Source: Williopsis jadinii (taxonomy: Eukaryota). From it: a stretch of DNA of 64,000 bases. A program made the position numbers and the translations under genes. Numbering within the stretch: the stretch's first letter is position 1; the number at the start of each line of letters is the position of its first letter. Under the pieces are notes generated by a model that saw only the letters and a list, made by a program, of their open reading frames with translations, made no database searches and had not been told where the DNA came from. The stretch is from positions 2,294,001 through 2,358,000 of the forward strand of contig AP024665.1 of NCBI GenBank assembly GCA_024346625.1, read 5' to 3'. Positions 36,191 through 45,824 of the stretch are shown here, piece after piece.

Positions 36191-37597
36191 ATGTCTACTG
36201 AACTATCGAATCGATCTACTCCCGGAGAGAAGCAAGACCCTGAAAAGGAAGTCACAGCTGCTGTAGGCAACATCATCGAGATCCCAGATGGTGGCTACGG
36301 ATGGTTTGTCTGCGCTGGTGTCTTCTTCTTGAATTTTGGAACATGGGCTGCCAATTCTGGTTACTCCATCTATTTGGCCAATTACCTGAAGAACGATAGG
36401 TTCTCCGACGCTGGAAGGCTGGATTACGCTGCAATTGGTGGACTGGCCTTTGGCTCAGGCCTAGTGATGGGCCCGTTGGTCAGGGTACTGCTGAGAGTCT
36501 CAGGCATTCGTACTGTGATTGCAGCAGGTGCACTTCTCCAGTTTACTGGCACCATTCTTGCTGCCTTCTCGACAAAGCTCTGGGAAGTTTACCTTACTCA
36601 GGGTGTCATGATAGGAATCGGAATGGGGATGATATGTATACCGGGAACGACGCTCTTGGCTCAGTGGTTTAGAAAGAAGAGATCTACTGCACAGGCACTA
36701 TCAGCTGCAGGCTCTGGCGTTGGTGGTGTTGTGTTCAATTTGGCAGTGGAATCCATGATCAAGCATTTGAGCCTGAGATGGGCATTGATAATACAATCGA
36801 TAATATGTGCAGTGTGTAACGTCATAGGAGTTGTGTTGATCAGGCCAAGGGATAAGCATATCCAAATCTCGATGAAAGTCTGGGAATTCAAGATGTTCAG
36901 CTATCCAGGCTATTGGCTGATGTTGTTCTACATTTCCACAACACTCTTAGGATATGTTGTCATCCTCTACAGCATGTCCGACTTCACCATTTCACTTGGT
37001 TATTCGAGCCACCAGGGTTCAGTAGTTGCATGTATGGTTTCCGTTGGCATCATCTTTGGCCGTCCAACAGTGGGCAAGCTGTGCGATATGTTTGGGACAA
37101 TCACAGCTGGTATATTCGCACAGCTAGTGGTTGCTATATTCTGCTGGGCCATGTGGATCCCAGCAAGGAATCTGGCAACGGCAATTGTATTCTCACTGAT
37201 AGCAGGAGGGCTAATGGGCACGATCTGGGTCTCATTGCCTGCCATCGGGGCCAGAGTGGTTGGGCTGAGAAAGCTGGACGTTGCCATGTCAATGGCATGG
37301 TGTTTCATTGGTGCCTTCGGCATGGTTTCACCAATTATTGGGCTCCAGCTAAGAAGCTCACCACCACAGGGTCAATCACACAGCCCCTTACAGTACAGAG
37401 ATCCAGCAATATACTGTGGTATGGTTTATTTCGCAAGCTCCATGACTCTATGGGTTCTCAGAGGCTACCTCATCGCTAGGGATAAAGAGGCAAAGCAGCT
37501 GGGATCGCACGTCGACAACGAGGAAGCAGACCTTCCTGTGTCCATTTCCAATACTCTGAAGGGCATGTTCTCCCTGTCAGAAGAGAGAAAGGTGTAA
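36191..37597 (+). CDS. MFS monocarboxylate-porter family transporter (MCH-like), paralog A
   Basis: PDGGYGW signature, 12 TM-like segments, QWFRKKRS, GRPTVGKLCDMFG. Confidence 0.9.
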   Translation: MSTELSNRSTPGEKQDPEKEVTAAVGNIIEIPDGGYGWFVCAGVFFLNFGTWAANSGYSIYLANYLKNDRFSDAGRLDYAAIGGLAFGSGLVMGPLVRVLLRVSGIRTVIAAGALLQFTGTILAAFSTKLWEVYLTQGVMIGIGMGMICIPGTTLLAQWFRKKRSTAQALSAAGSGVGGVVFNLAVESMIKHLSLRWALIIQSIICAVCNVIGVVLIRPRDKHIQISMKVWEFKMFSYPGYWLMLFYISTTLLGYVVILYSMSDFTISLGYSSHQGSVVACMVSVGIIFGRPTVGKLCDMFGTITAGIFAQLVVAIFCWAMWIPARNLATAIVFSLIAGGLMGTIWVSLPAIGARVVGLRKLDVAMSMAWCFIGAFGMVSPIIGLQLRSSPPQGQSHSPLQYRDPAIYCGMVYFASSMTLWVLRGYLIARDKEAKQLGSHVDNEEADLPVSISNTLKGMFSLSEERKV

Positions 37598-37640
37598 GTG
37601 TATAATCCCATCAATGATGATGCATCGATGGCTTCTGTAA

Positions 37641-37720
37641 ACTCCGTGTAATTCCCTGTAATTCCGTGTAATGCCGTGTAATTTACTGTATCTCCCTGTA
37701 TCTCCGTGTAACTCCGCGAG
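37641..37720 (-). repeat. 10-bp periodic array (consensus AYTCCGTGTA), about 8 units, between MFS-A and URH1
   Basis: ACTCCGTGTA ATTCCCTGTA ATTCCGTGTA ATGCCGTGTA ATTTACTGTA TCTCCCTGTA TCTCCGTGTA ACTCCGCGAG; unit is the reverse complement of the 35811 array unit. Confidence 0.85.
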
Positions 37721-37806
37721 CACCTCGAAGGAACTATAGAAAAAGCATTTAGTACCGGGCTGTCTCATCTCTCTCTCATCGGACTCAATTGACAAGTTCC
37801 CCGGTA

Positions 37807-38826
37807 ATGACGGTCACTATTCCTGTCTGGATCGACTGTGATCCAGGACACGATGACACCATTGCCCTGCTTTTGGCGTCCTTCCATCCGTGTTACAACT
37901 TGGTTGGTGTTTCGACAACGTATGGCAATGCCAGCTTGGAGAATACCACCAACAACGCATTGGCGATGATGACGGCCTTTGGAAGGACCGACGTCCCTGT
38001 GTACGTTGGTAGCTCCAAGCCATTGGAAAAGGAGCCTCATTATGCCCCGGGAATCCACGGTTCCAATGGACTTGGTGGCATAAGGATCCCCCAGCCAGCT
38101 GGTGCGACTGTGAATTCCGTTGGCGATGAGGAAGCAATGTTGGACGCGATGTATAGAGCTATCTGTGAACATGAAGGCCAATTGGCGTTGTGTGCCGTTG
38201 GTCCACTGACTAACGTTGCCAAACTGATTAAGAAGTACCCAGAAGCAAAGGCCAAGTTACACACGCTGAGTATAATGGGAGGAGGCATCCATGTGTATAA
38301 CGTTAACCCTAACGAGGCCGAGTTCAACATCTATGACGACCCTCATGCTGCAAACATTGTACTGGAGGACCCGGAGCTGAAGCCCAAAGTGGTTGTCTGT
38401 CCACTGGACGTTACGCATAAGGTGCTGTGTGACGATTCTGTCCAGAAGAAGATCTTGAACGAACCAAACACCACTGCTTTTAGAACAATGATTTACGATC
38501 TCATCACCTTCTTCGCAAGCACCTACAAGGAGGCACAAGGCTTTGACAGAGGGCCTCCTATCCACGACCCCGTGGCTGTCTACGTGTTGATGCAAGTATA
38601 TCACCTGCGTGACTGTGGTCTAAACTCCCAACAGCTGGAGATACACGTTGACGAGCATGGAGAGCACGAGGGTAAGATGATATCGGCAGCATGCGACGAC
38701 ACTGTCTCACGCGGTGGACCACGGGGAGTCTCAGTGGTGTTTGACATTGACGTTAGACAATTCTGGACAGACCTACTTGAGACCATCACCATTGCAGACG
38801 GTTGTATATCAGAACAGGCCAATTAG
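37807..38826 (+). CDS. URH1: Inosine/uridine-preferring nucleoside hydrolase
   Basis: WIDCDPGHDD, IHGSNGLGG, GPLTNVA, AEFNIYDDP, PLDVTH, PIHDPVAV. Confidence 0.92.
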   Translation: MTVTIPVWIDCDPGHDDTIALLLASFHPCYNLVGVSTTYGNASLENTTNNALAMMTAFGRTDVPVYVGSSKPLEKEPHYAPGIHGSNGLGGIRIPQPAGATVNSVGDEEAMLDAMYRAICEHEGQLALCAVGPLTNVAKLIKKYPEAKAKLHTLSIMGGGIHVYNVNPNEAEFNIYDDPHAANIVLEDPELKPKVVVCPLDVTHKVLCDDSVQKKILNEPNTTAFRTMIYDLITFFASTYKEAQGFDRGPPIHDPVAVYVLMQVYHLRDCGLNSQQLEIHVDEHGEHEGKMISAACDDTVSRGGPRGVSVVFDIDVRQFWTDLLETITIADGCISEQAN

Positions 38827-39003
38827 AACCACGGATGGTAAATTCTTGCATAGCATCAACGTGCTCGCAATGATGGCCACTCATCGGGTGAAATTGTTGA
38901 GAAATACAAGTAACGACACCTCATGCTAGAAGAGTAATGTTGAATGTAGCAGTAAAATATACGGATATGCGGTCTGCGACTAGTTCATGGCTATGTGATT
39001 GCC

Positions 39004-39407
39004 CACGTTTTCCCTCTGGCTTCCTAATTAGTACATCAGTAGGTGCATCAACCGGGAATCTCAGGTGCCCTGTAGCAGATCGTCCATCTTTTGCCAATAA
39101 GAGCTGTGCTTCAAGTCCATGGCTAGGGCCACTGGTCAATGGCCCTCGATATTTAGTCTTTGCGGGTTGCTGAAGGTTCAATGCTTGACACATCACTGCT
39201 TGGAGCATTGTGGGAAATATACGAAGCCGATGCCCTTGGCAACAGTTGATACAAAGGTGCTTCACCAACCGCAGACGTGCCTGAGACGTATGCACATGTA
39301 TTCCGTGCAGTCCAAGGAGGATCTCAATCAAACGTGGAGATGTACGAGGGCAAATTGGGCCAATTGAACCCCGTTTGTTGAGGTGATCTTTAGGGGTTAT
39401 ACACGTG
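39004..39407. promoter_or_regulatory. Pho4-type E-boxes upstream of the SurE phosphatase (CACGTT 39004, AACGTG 39331, CACGTG 39402)
   Basis: Motif matches only. Confidence 0.35.
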
Positions 39408-39478
39408 TGATCGGTGTTGCGTCTGTCCAGCGATCAATGCATTTGCTGTACGGACCAACGTTCTTGTTGCGAGTGATC

Positions 39479-39563
39479 GTGGCCACCAAGAGCGTGGCCA
39501 CTCAGAATGTAGCCACCAAGAGCGTGGCCACCCAGAGCATGGCCACCCAGAGCATGGTCACTG
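39479..39563 (+). repeat. 15-bp tandem repeat (RTGGCCACCMAGAGC), about 5.7 copies, just before the TATAAAT box of the SurE gene
   Basis: GTGGCCACCAAGAGC/GTGGCCACTCAGAAT/GTAGCCACCAAGAGC/GTGGCCACCCAGAGC/ATGGCCACCCAGAGC/ATGGTCACTG; TATAAAT at about 39571. Confidence 0.85.
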
Positions 39564-39659
39564 CTCGAGGTATAAATATCGGGGTGGATGCTCCGCATTG
39601 TGTAGATGTCGTAGTCCTGGAGTGTCCAACAACATCAATCCTCTTGATTAGACACCGTG

Positions 39660-40634
39660 ATGCAACTCTCTGCCCTCGTTACGCTCGCTTGTGCCTCCGC
39701 TGCTTCAGCTAAGAACATCCTCTTGACCAACGATGACGGTTGGTTAGCCACAGGTATTAGAGCTGCCTACAACGAGCTCACCAAGGCTGGCCACAACGTC
39801 TACCTGGTTGCGCCTGCTGAGCAGAGATCCGGCTACGGTGGTACCTTCATGTTCTCATACACCGACACCCTCTTCCACGACGATCAGTTCCACTACAAGA
39901 AGGCTGGTGACCCAGCCTGGGGCCACGAGGACTTTGACGACCACATCTGGTACTTCAACGCTACTCCAGCAGCCTGTGTCGCCTTTGCCTTTGACTATCT
40001 GTTGCCAAACTACTTCGCCAACACCAGCATTGACCTTGTTGTTGCTGGTCCAAACCAGGGAACCAACCCAGACGACTTCTATACCTTGTCTGGTACCATT
40101 GGAGCCACCTACAACGCCGTCTACAGAGGCTACCCAGCTGTTGCCTTCTCAGGTTCCAACACCAACAACTCCTTCTACAAGGACTCCTTGAACGAGGATC
40201 CAAACGACCCACAAAACATTTACGGCTCCAAGATGGTGGAGTTTGTCGACACCTTGTTCGAAGCACAAGGTGAGAACGAGGTGCTTTTGCCTATCGGAAC
40301 CGGTCTCAACGTTAACTTCCCATTGGTCTCCACTGACTCCAAGACCGGGTGCCAAGATCCAAAGTTCACCTTCTCAAGACTGACTGGTGAGAAGGCCATC
40401 ACCCTTGGCTTGAAGTACAACGAAACCAGTGGTTTGTTCAAGAGTGACGTCCTCTCAGCTCTTGGTGTTCAGATGGCTTACAACGGTGACGCTTCTTTGC
40501 CTTCCGAGGATCTTGTGCTGGATTCCTATGACTGCTACTCCCCAGTCTCCGTGTTCTCCGTCGACTACACTGCTCCTACTACCCCACAAGGTCAGGTCAA
40601 GGCTCTTCTTAACAAGATTTTGGTCGACTTGTGA
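39660..40634 (+). CDS. Secreted SurE-family acid phosphatase / nucleotidase
   Basis: Signal peptide MQLSALVTLACASAASA, NILLTNDDG, VAPAEQRSG, TPAACV, DLVVAGPNQG, SGTIGA, PAVAFS; several N-glycosylation sequons; strong codon bias. Confidence 0.9.
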   Translation: MQLSALVTLACASAASAKNILLTNDDGWLATGIRAAYNELTKAGHNVYLVAPAEQRSGYGGTFMFSYTDTLFHDDQFHYKKAGDPAWGHEDFDDHIWYFNATPAACVAFAFDYLLPNYFANTSIDLVVAGPNQGTNPDDFYTLSGTIGATYNAVYRGYPAVAFSGSNTNNSFYKDSLNEDPNDPQNIYGSKMVEFVDTLFEAQGENEVLLPIGTGLNVNFPLVSTDSKTGCQDPKFTFSRLTGEKAITLGLKYNETSGLFKSDVLSALGVQMAYNGDASLPSEDLVLDSYDCYSPVSVFSVDYTAPTTPQGQVKALLNKILVDL

Positions 40635-40920
40635 GTGCCTACTGCTTCTACTTCGTCAACGTCCAGCCCTTCTCCCTTTTTCTTCTTTGTTGAACGGCTT
40701 CTCCAACGCAGAGTCGCCTCGAAGAGGTGACGCTGCTTATTCACCACTTTTATACCACAATTGAACGCAATTGCTGTACCAATCACTCGTAGAAAGCTAT
40801 CGTAGAAAGCTATCGTAGCATCGCCAGGCTGGAGAGACAGACGCAGGGGAACAGGGAAGCCCCAAGGCGATGTGCGCTTAGCGGAACATTTTCCGTGCTT
40901 GTCTGGCAGAATAAGATGAA

Positions 40921-40930
40921 GCCACAGTTT
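40921..40930 (-). promoter_or_regulatory. Met31/Met32 site AAACTGTGGC upstream of fRMsr
   Basis: Exact reverse-complement match about 90 bp upstream of a methionine-sulfoxide reductase ATG. Confidence 0.55.
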
Positions 40931-41018
40931 TTTCTTCGCTGGTGATCAACAGTTAATTACAACTCTGCCAGCTTCCAATTGGTGTGAAGAGGCTCTGACT
41001 GTGAAACAGCATTGGACG

Positions 41019-41540
41019 ATGGCACACCACGCTGATTATTCGTCCTTCTCGAGCTCTGATCGCGCAGAGACTCTGGGGCACTTGTTGGAGTCGTACAAGG
41101 CCCTCAGCGATGGCCAGGACAACTGGGTATGCAATCTGTCGAATGCCTCGTCTCTACTATGGCACGCTTACCATTCGCTAAACGTCAATGTCAATTGGAC
41201 TGGGTTCTATGTTCTGGATCCCAAGGACCATGCGCAGCTGATTCTGGGTCCTTTCCAGGGGAAGGTTGCGTGCCAAACCATTAGTTTCGGTAAAGGTGTG
41301 TGTGGTACAGCAGCCAGCTCTAGAGAGACACAAGTGGTTGCCAATGTTGAAGAGTTCCCAGGGCATATCGCATGCGACGGGGAAACCAAGTCGGAGATTG
41401 TCGTTCCTCTGGTCAAGGAAGGTCAGACGATTGGTGTCATTGACCTTGACTGTCTCGATTTGAATGGATTTTCGCAGGTTGACAAGCAACTGCTTGAAGA
41501 GTTGGCAGAATTGATAGTGCGCACCAACAGCTGGGCTTAA
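41019..41540 (+). CDS. GAF-domain free methionine-(R)-sulfoxide reductase (fRMsr, YKL069W-like)
   Basis: NLSNASSLLW, VNWTGFY, LGPFQGKVACQTI, GKGVCGTA, FPGHIACDGETKSEIVVP. Confidence 0.93.
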   Translation: MAHHADYSSFSSSDRAETLGHLLESYKALSDGQDNWVCNLSNASSLLWHAYHSLNVNVNWTGFYVLDPKDHAQLILGPFQGKVACQTISFGKGVCGTAASSRETQVVANVEEFPGHIACDGETKSEIVVPLVKEGQTIGVIDLDCLDLNGFSQVDKQLLEELAELIVRTNSWA

Positions 41541-42433
41541 GCTCCAGAGCATCCGTTTCTAAGTTACCAAAAAAGCAGTCCGTCCGGCCGCAAATCATTA
41601 CAATGTACATAGAGAAAGATGGTCATCTTGGCTGCTGTACAAGCTGTGCAACCAAAAGACGAAAAGCTCGAAACAAAAAGGAGAAATAGCTGTATTGTTT
41701 AAGTTTAAACTACAATATCAACGCCTAACACTCACAATGGCTGTATTGCAAATCACAACCGTGATTTCCCGTAAGTTCGTACGAACTCAGTCGCTGCTGT
41801 TCCATCCATCTGTGCTTCAGGCCAAGCTGCACTTTTGCTCATACACAACAACAATATGATGTAGCTGAAAAGAATTTGCTCTTTACTTAGTCCTTGCCCT
41901 CAGCTTTGAAAGAAAAAAAATTAACTCGTCTGTATATGCACCGCAATGGCAGAAGAGCAAATAAATATCTTAGTAGGGAGTTTAATGCGTGAATTAATCA
42001 GTCCATCAATCAATTGATTCACCGAGGATGCAAATCTCCAGCTGTTCATACGATGGAGAATGGAAACGTATGACCATCTTTGTTTCTTCTCGGGCTTTCA
42101 GTATTGGTTCTGGTTGGCTTTTTAGGCTTTTGGTGTGCTGCACGGATTGCATAGCCGTCTGTGTATTTCTAACAATCTCTTTGTATACGGTCAATGTTGA
42201 CACAACCGGCCAATTGGAGAGAGTTCAGTGGTATCCGGTAGTGTTATGCAATCTGGTGTTGGTTAGATAGCAGCGTGCCTGCTTCCAGCACGCCGTCACA
42301 GGTATAATTAGAGGTGGAATCCGCATCCAAAGAGCGTGGATGCAAGAGTGCGTTTAGTCTCACGAGTGCTGAACCAAGAAAGACGTACATGGTCTGTCGA
42401 TATAGCAAGAAATAACCAATTAACCGTGATATA

Positions 42434-43981
42434 ATGACAATTTCAGGTTTTGAACAGGTTGACAATTCAACGTACAGCAGGTTCCTGTCGATATATACGA
42501 GAACAATGGAGTATGACCTGCTATCACAGGAATCTAAAGGTGGATTCGATTTGGAGAACGTTTGGAACTTTATAATGCAGAAGGTATTGTATCAAATGAC
42601 AAAGCCCTCAACCCAGGATGATGGCTCGTATTCGAAATACTTGGTACAGACTGCTGATTTCAACGATGAAGATATACCAGAGAGATGGCAAGACTGTGAG
42701 TACATCGTCATATATGAACATAGACTCCTCAATGAAAACCAGGTTCGTGGGTTGATTCTCGCAAGTTATGATAATGAAGAGGATAAATTTGCAGAGTTCC
42801 ATGAATGGTTTGCCAAAGTTGTTATACGTGATTCCAGACTTCACCTCAGCTATAGTGAATATCTTGGTAAAGTTGATATAGATTTGGCAGTTGCAACCAC
42901 AGTGGCTGACTTTTTTAAAGAGAATCTGCTCAATACCACAGAACAGGATGAATGGGGTGATAAAGGACGTGATCACTTTATAGGGAAATTGTCGTACTTC
43001 ACTAAAAGAAACAAGATGATTGAAGCTGTGTTGCCTGCTTTCCCGTGCAAAAGCTCCAACTTGAACAAGGTGGCCGGGACAATTCCAGATCTGGGTGAAG
43101 AGATGGCTATCACAAGACTCATATCCTTCAACAGGGCCATCAAGTCTGTTTACCAGCCTGGAATGAAATTGTGGATTGTCAGTGATGGACATGTCTTTAG
43201 CGACTGTATTGGTGTTGACGATGATGTTGTGGACAATTACACCATCCAATTGAGGGATTTATATGAGAAGGTTGCATCAAAGCTCGGTGTGCTTGGTGAA
43301 AACCTCATTGGATTTGTCTCTTTGAAAGATATTTTCTTCCATAAAGGACTGCCATCGACGCCAGCACTGGTTGAAGAGGTTGAGCTTTGTCATTATACTG
43401 GTACAAAGATTTGCGACGAGTCTGAACTGTCACGTAAGATACTCATGGCTTCGTGTGATACAGATGCTGGCAAGCTTAGAAGGGACGTTGAACAGGAAGA
43501 CCACCCAAGACTTCACCTTTATCGAGGTTTCACCAGATTTATGTGTGAGGACCTGCAATTCAATCCAGTATGCAAGGCTCTTTCTAAAAGAGCATTCAAG
43601 AAGACTGTGTCTCGTGTTGCATTTGAGATGATTAAGAGAAACGATGCCTATTCCAATTTGGTTGAGCTTATGTTTCCGCATCACATGCGTCTTTCAATCC
43701 ACGCCCATAACAATGGTGGTCCAAAGTTTGGTATCAAGATCATTGATCCATTGGAGTGCAGGGTGATTAAATGCTTCAACAGTTCTGAGACACCAGATTT
43801 TGAGGATTTGCTCCACATTCCAACACCATGGCATAATTGTATTGTTCAAGTGGACAACAATGATGTTTGCTATATGACAAAGTCTAAAGTTGTCTTTGAA
43901 GCCTTGGAGGCTGGCCATTACAATGGAGAGTGGGTCAGAAACGGTGATGGAAGTGGTTACTTCCATTTGAAGAAAATGTAA
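42434..43981 (+). CDS. DIT1: Dit1/PvcA family (isocyanide synthase-like) spore-wall dityrosine precursor synthase
   Basis: STYSRFLSIY N-terminal motif, VLPAFPCKSSN, PDLGEEMA, IVSDGHVFSDCIGVDD, RNDAYSNLV, RLSIHAHNNGGPKFGI, HIPTPWHN. Confidence 0.92.
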   Translation: MTISGFEQVDNSTYSRFLSIYTRTMEYDLLSQESKGGFDLENVWNFIMQKVLYQMTKPSTQDDGSYSKYLVQTADFNDEDIPERWQDCEYIVIYEHRLLNENQVRGLILASYDNEEDKFAEFHEWFAKVVIRDSRLHLSYSEYLGKVDIDLAVATTVADFFKENLLNTTEQDEWGDKGRDHFIGKLSYFTKRNKMIEAVLPAFPCKSSNLNKVAGTIPDLGEEMAITRLISFNRAIKSVYQPGMKLWIVSDGHVFSDCIGVDDDVVDNYTIQLRDLYEKVASKLGVLGENLIGFVSLKDIFFHKGLPSTPALVEEVELCHYTGTKICDESELSRKILMASCDTDAGKLRRDVEQEDHPRLHLYRGFTRFMCEDLQFNPVCKALSKRAFKKTVSRVAFEMIKRNDAYSNLVELMFPHHMRLSIHAHNNGGPKFGIKIIDPLECRVIKCFNSSETPDFEDLLHIPTPWHNCIVQVDNNDVCYMTKSKVVFEALEAGHYNGEWVRNGDGSGYFHLKKM

Positions 43982-44030
43982 AGCACAATCAATAAAAGTT
44001 TCTAGTTAATCATTCTGTTCATCGCTGTAC

Positions 44031-45494
44031 TTACACGTGTCTTTCCTCTGAGACTGAAACCATGCCTTTCAATGCGGTTTGCAAGCTCACTGGTAGTGTT
44101 AGCTCCTCGTTATCGACATGCGATCCAATTTCCTTTGCCTTACGATCCCTCGCTATTAGATAACCACGTAGAACCCACAATACAAAAGCACTTGCTAAAA
44201 AGCACACACCACAGTATATTGCCGGGTCTCTGTACTGTGTCGGATGGTAGAGCGAGCCATCTGGCGTTGTACCACGAAGCTCAATACCTATTATTGGAGA
44301 TACCAATCCAAATGATCCAATCACTAACCACGCCATTGACATTGCCACGTCCAGTTTCCTTAACCCGACAACACGGACAGCAATTGAGGCAATGACAACC
44401 CATATTGACCCCATTAGTGAACCTTCTAGAAAGGCAAATGCAATTGCTGTCGCATAGTTTCTGGCCGGGATCCACATTGCAAGACACAGGATCCCCACAA
44501 TTGAATGTGCAAATATACTTGTTGTAACCGGCCCAAACTTATCAGAAAGCCTTCCAACCAAAGGTCTACCAAATACTGCACCAGCTGATATCATACAGGC
44601 GACAATTGACCCTTGACGGGCTGAATATCCCAATGAAATGGTGAAATCTGCCATGTTATACAACAGCACAACGTAGCCTAGTTGCGTAGTTGCAATGTAG
44701 AGGAGGAACAGCCAATAAGTGGTGAAAGTGAGCATATGATTATCCCAAATCTTCATGGATGTATTGATGTGTTTGGTTCTTGGTTTCACTAGTATTATTC
44801 CAATGGTGTTGCACACGGCACACATTATCGATTGTATAATCAGTGCCCATCTCAAGCTTAGATTCTTTATCATCGCCTGGACGGACAAGTTGAAGACAAC
44901 ACCTCCGACACCAGAAGCAGCACTAGCAATGGCCTGGGCCAGAGATCTTCTATGCCTGAACCATTGTGCAATCAATGTGGTTGCTGGGATACAAATCATC
45001 CCCATTCCAATACCAATTAGTACACCTTGTGTGAGGTATATCTGCCAAAGCTGTGTTGAGAAAGCAGCAAGAATGGTTCCCAAGAATTGAAGACAGGCAC
45101 CTATTGTTATTGTGAACTTCACACTGGTGTGTTTCAACACGATCCTAACCAAGGGCCCTAGAATCATGCCTGATCCGAATGCCAGTCCACCAACTGCTGC
45201 GTAGTCCAATTTTGAAGCACCTTTGAACTTGTTATTGCTCAAATAGTTTGCCAAGTAGATGGAGTAGCCTGAGTTGGCAGCCCATGTGGCAAAATTGAAG
45301 AAGAATACGCCCATAACAACAAACCACCCATATCCACCATCTGGAACGTCGATTACCGCTGAAGTATTAACGTTGTCTGTGCTTAAAGGCTCATCTACCA
45401 TGACAACTTTCTCATCTAAACCGTCTACCTTTTCAGGTTCGTTGATGGACGATGACACCACCGGTCCCAAGCTCTCATCACCACTCTTTGACAT
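44031..45494 (-). CDS. MFS monocarboxylate-porter family transporter (MCH-like), paralog B
   Basis: PDGGYGWFV signature; shares long identical runs with paralog A; start set at MSKSGDES. Confidence 0.9.
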   Translation of the reverse strand: MSKSGDESLGPVVSSSINEPEKVDGLDEKVVMVDEPLSTDNVNTSAVIDVPDGGYGWFVVMGVFFFNFATWAANSGYSIYLANYLSNNKFKGASKLDYAAVGGLAFGSGMILGPLVRIVLKHTSVKFTITIGACLQFLGTILAAFSTQLWQIYLTQGVLIGIGMGMICIPATTLIAQWFRHRRSLAQAIASAASGVGGVVFNLSVQAMIKNLSLRWALIIQSIMCAVCNTIGIILVKPRTKHINTSMKIWDNHMLTFTTYWLFLLYIATTQLGYVVLLYNMADFTISLGYSARQGSIVACMISAGAVFGRPLVGRLSDKFGPVTTSIFAHSIVGILCLAMWIPARNYATAIAFAFLEGSLMGSIWVVIASIAVRVVGLRKLDVAMSMAWLVIGSFGLVSPIIGIELRGTTPDGSLYHPTQYRDPAIYCGVCFLASAFVLWVLRGYLIARDRKAKEIGSHVDNEELTLPVSLQTALKGMVSVSEERHV

Positions 45495-45824
45495 GCTACT
45501 GAGCGCTGATATCTTTCTTCTTCCTCGTTGAAGACTAAAACTCTTTCCAGCTGTGGTGGTTGTGATGATGACTAATGCGCATGGGAACAAAGAGCAAGAG
45601 AAAAAAGTCTGTAAACAGTAAAACCCCGACATTTGGCGGGACGTTTCTGTCTACTGTCGGTGTTAATTTTTTTCCGTTCTAGGCAGGGATTCTGGGGCGA
45701 GCTGGTTGGTCGTTCTAGGCAGACAGGATTGATGGCCAAAGGGCCACAGGCAGGAGCGTAGGCAGGAGAATGCACTAAAACATCTTACACTGACTTCAAG
45801 GAAATGAAAACTTCTACATGTTAA

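Noticed and set aside
37641..37720. Periodic repeats as a CRISPR-like array
   Set aside because: Eukaryotic sequence; contiguous 10-bp units with no unique spacers and no cas genes
42006..42203. 65-aa minus-strand ORF at the position expected for DIT2
   Set aside because: GTG start, in-frame stop shortly upstream and no P450 motifs; not a recognisable DIT2 remnant
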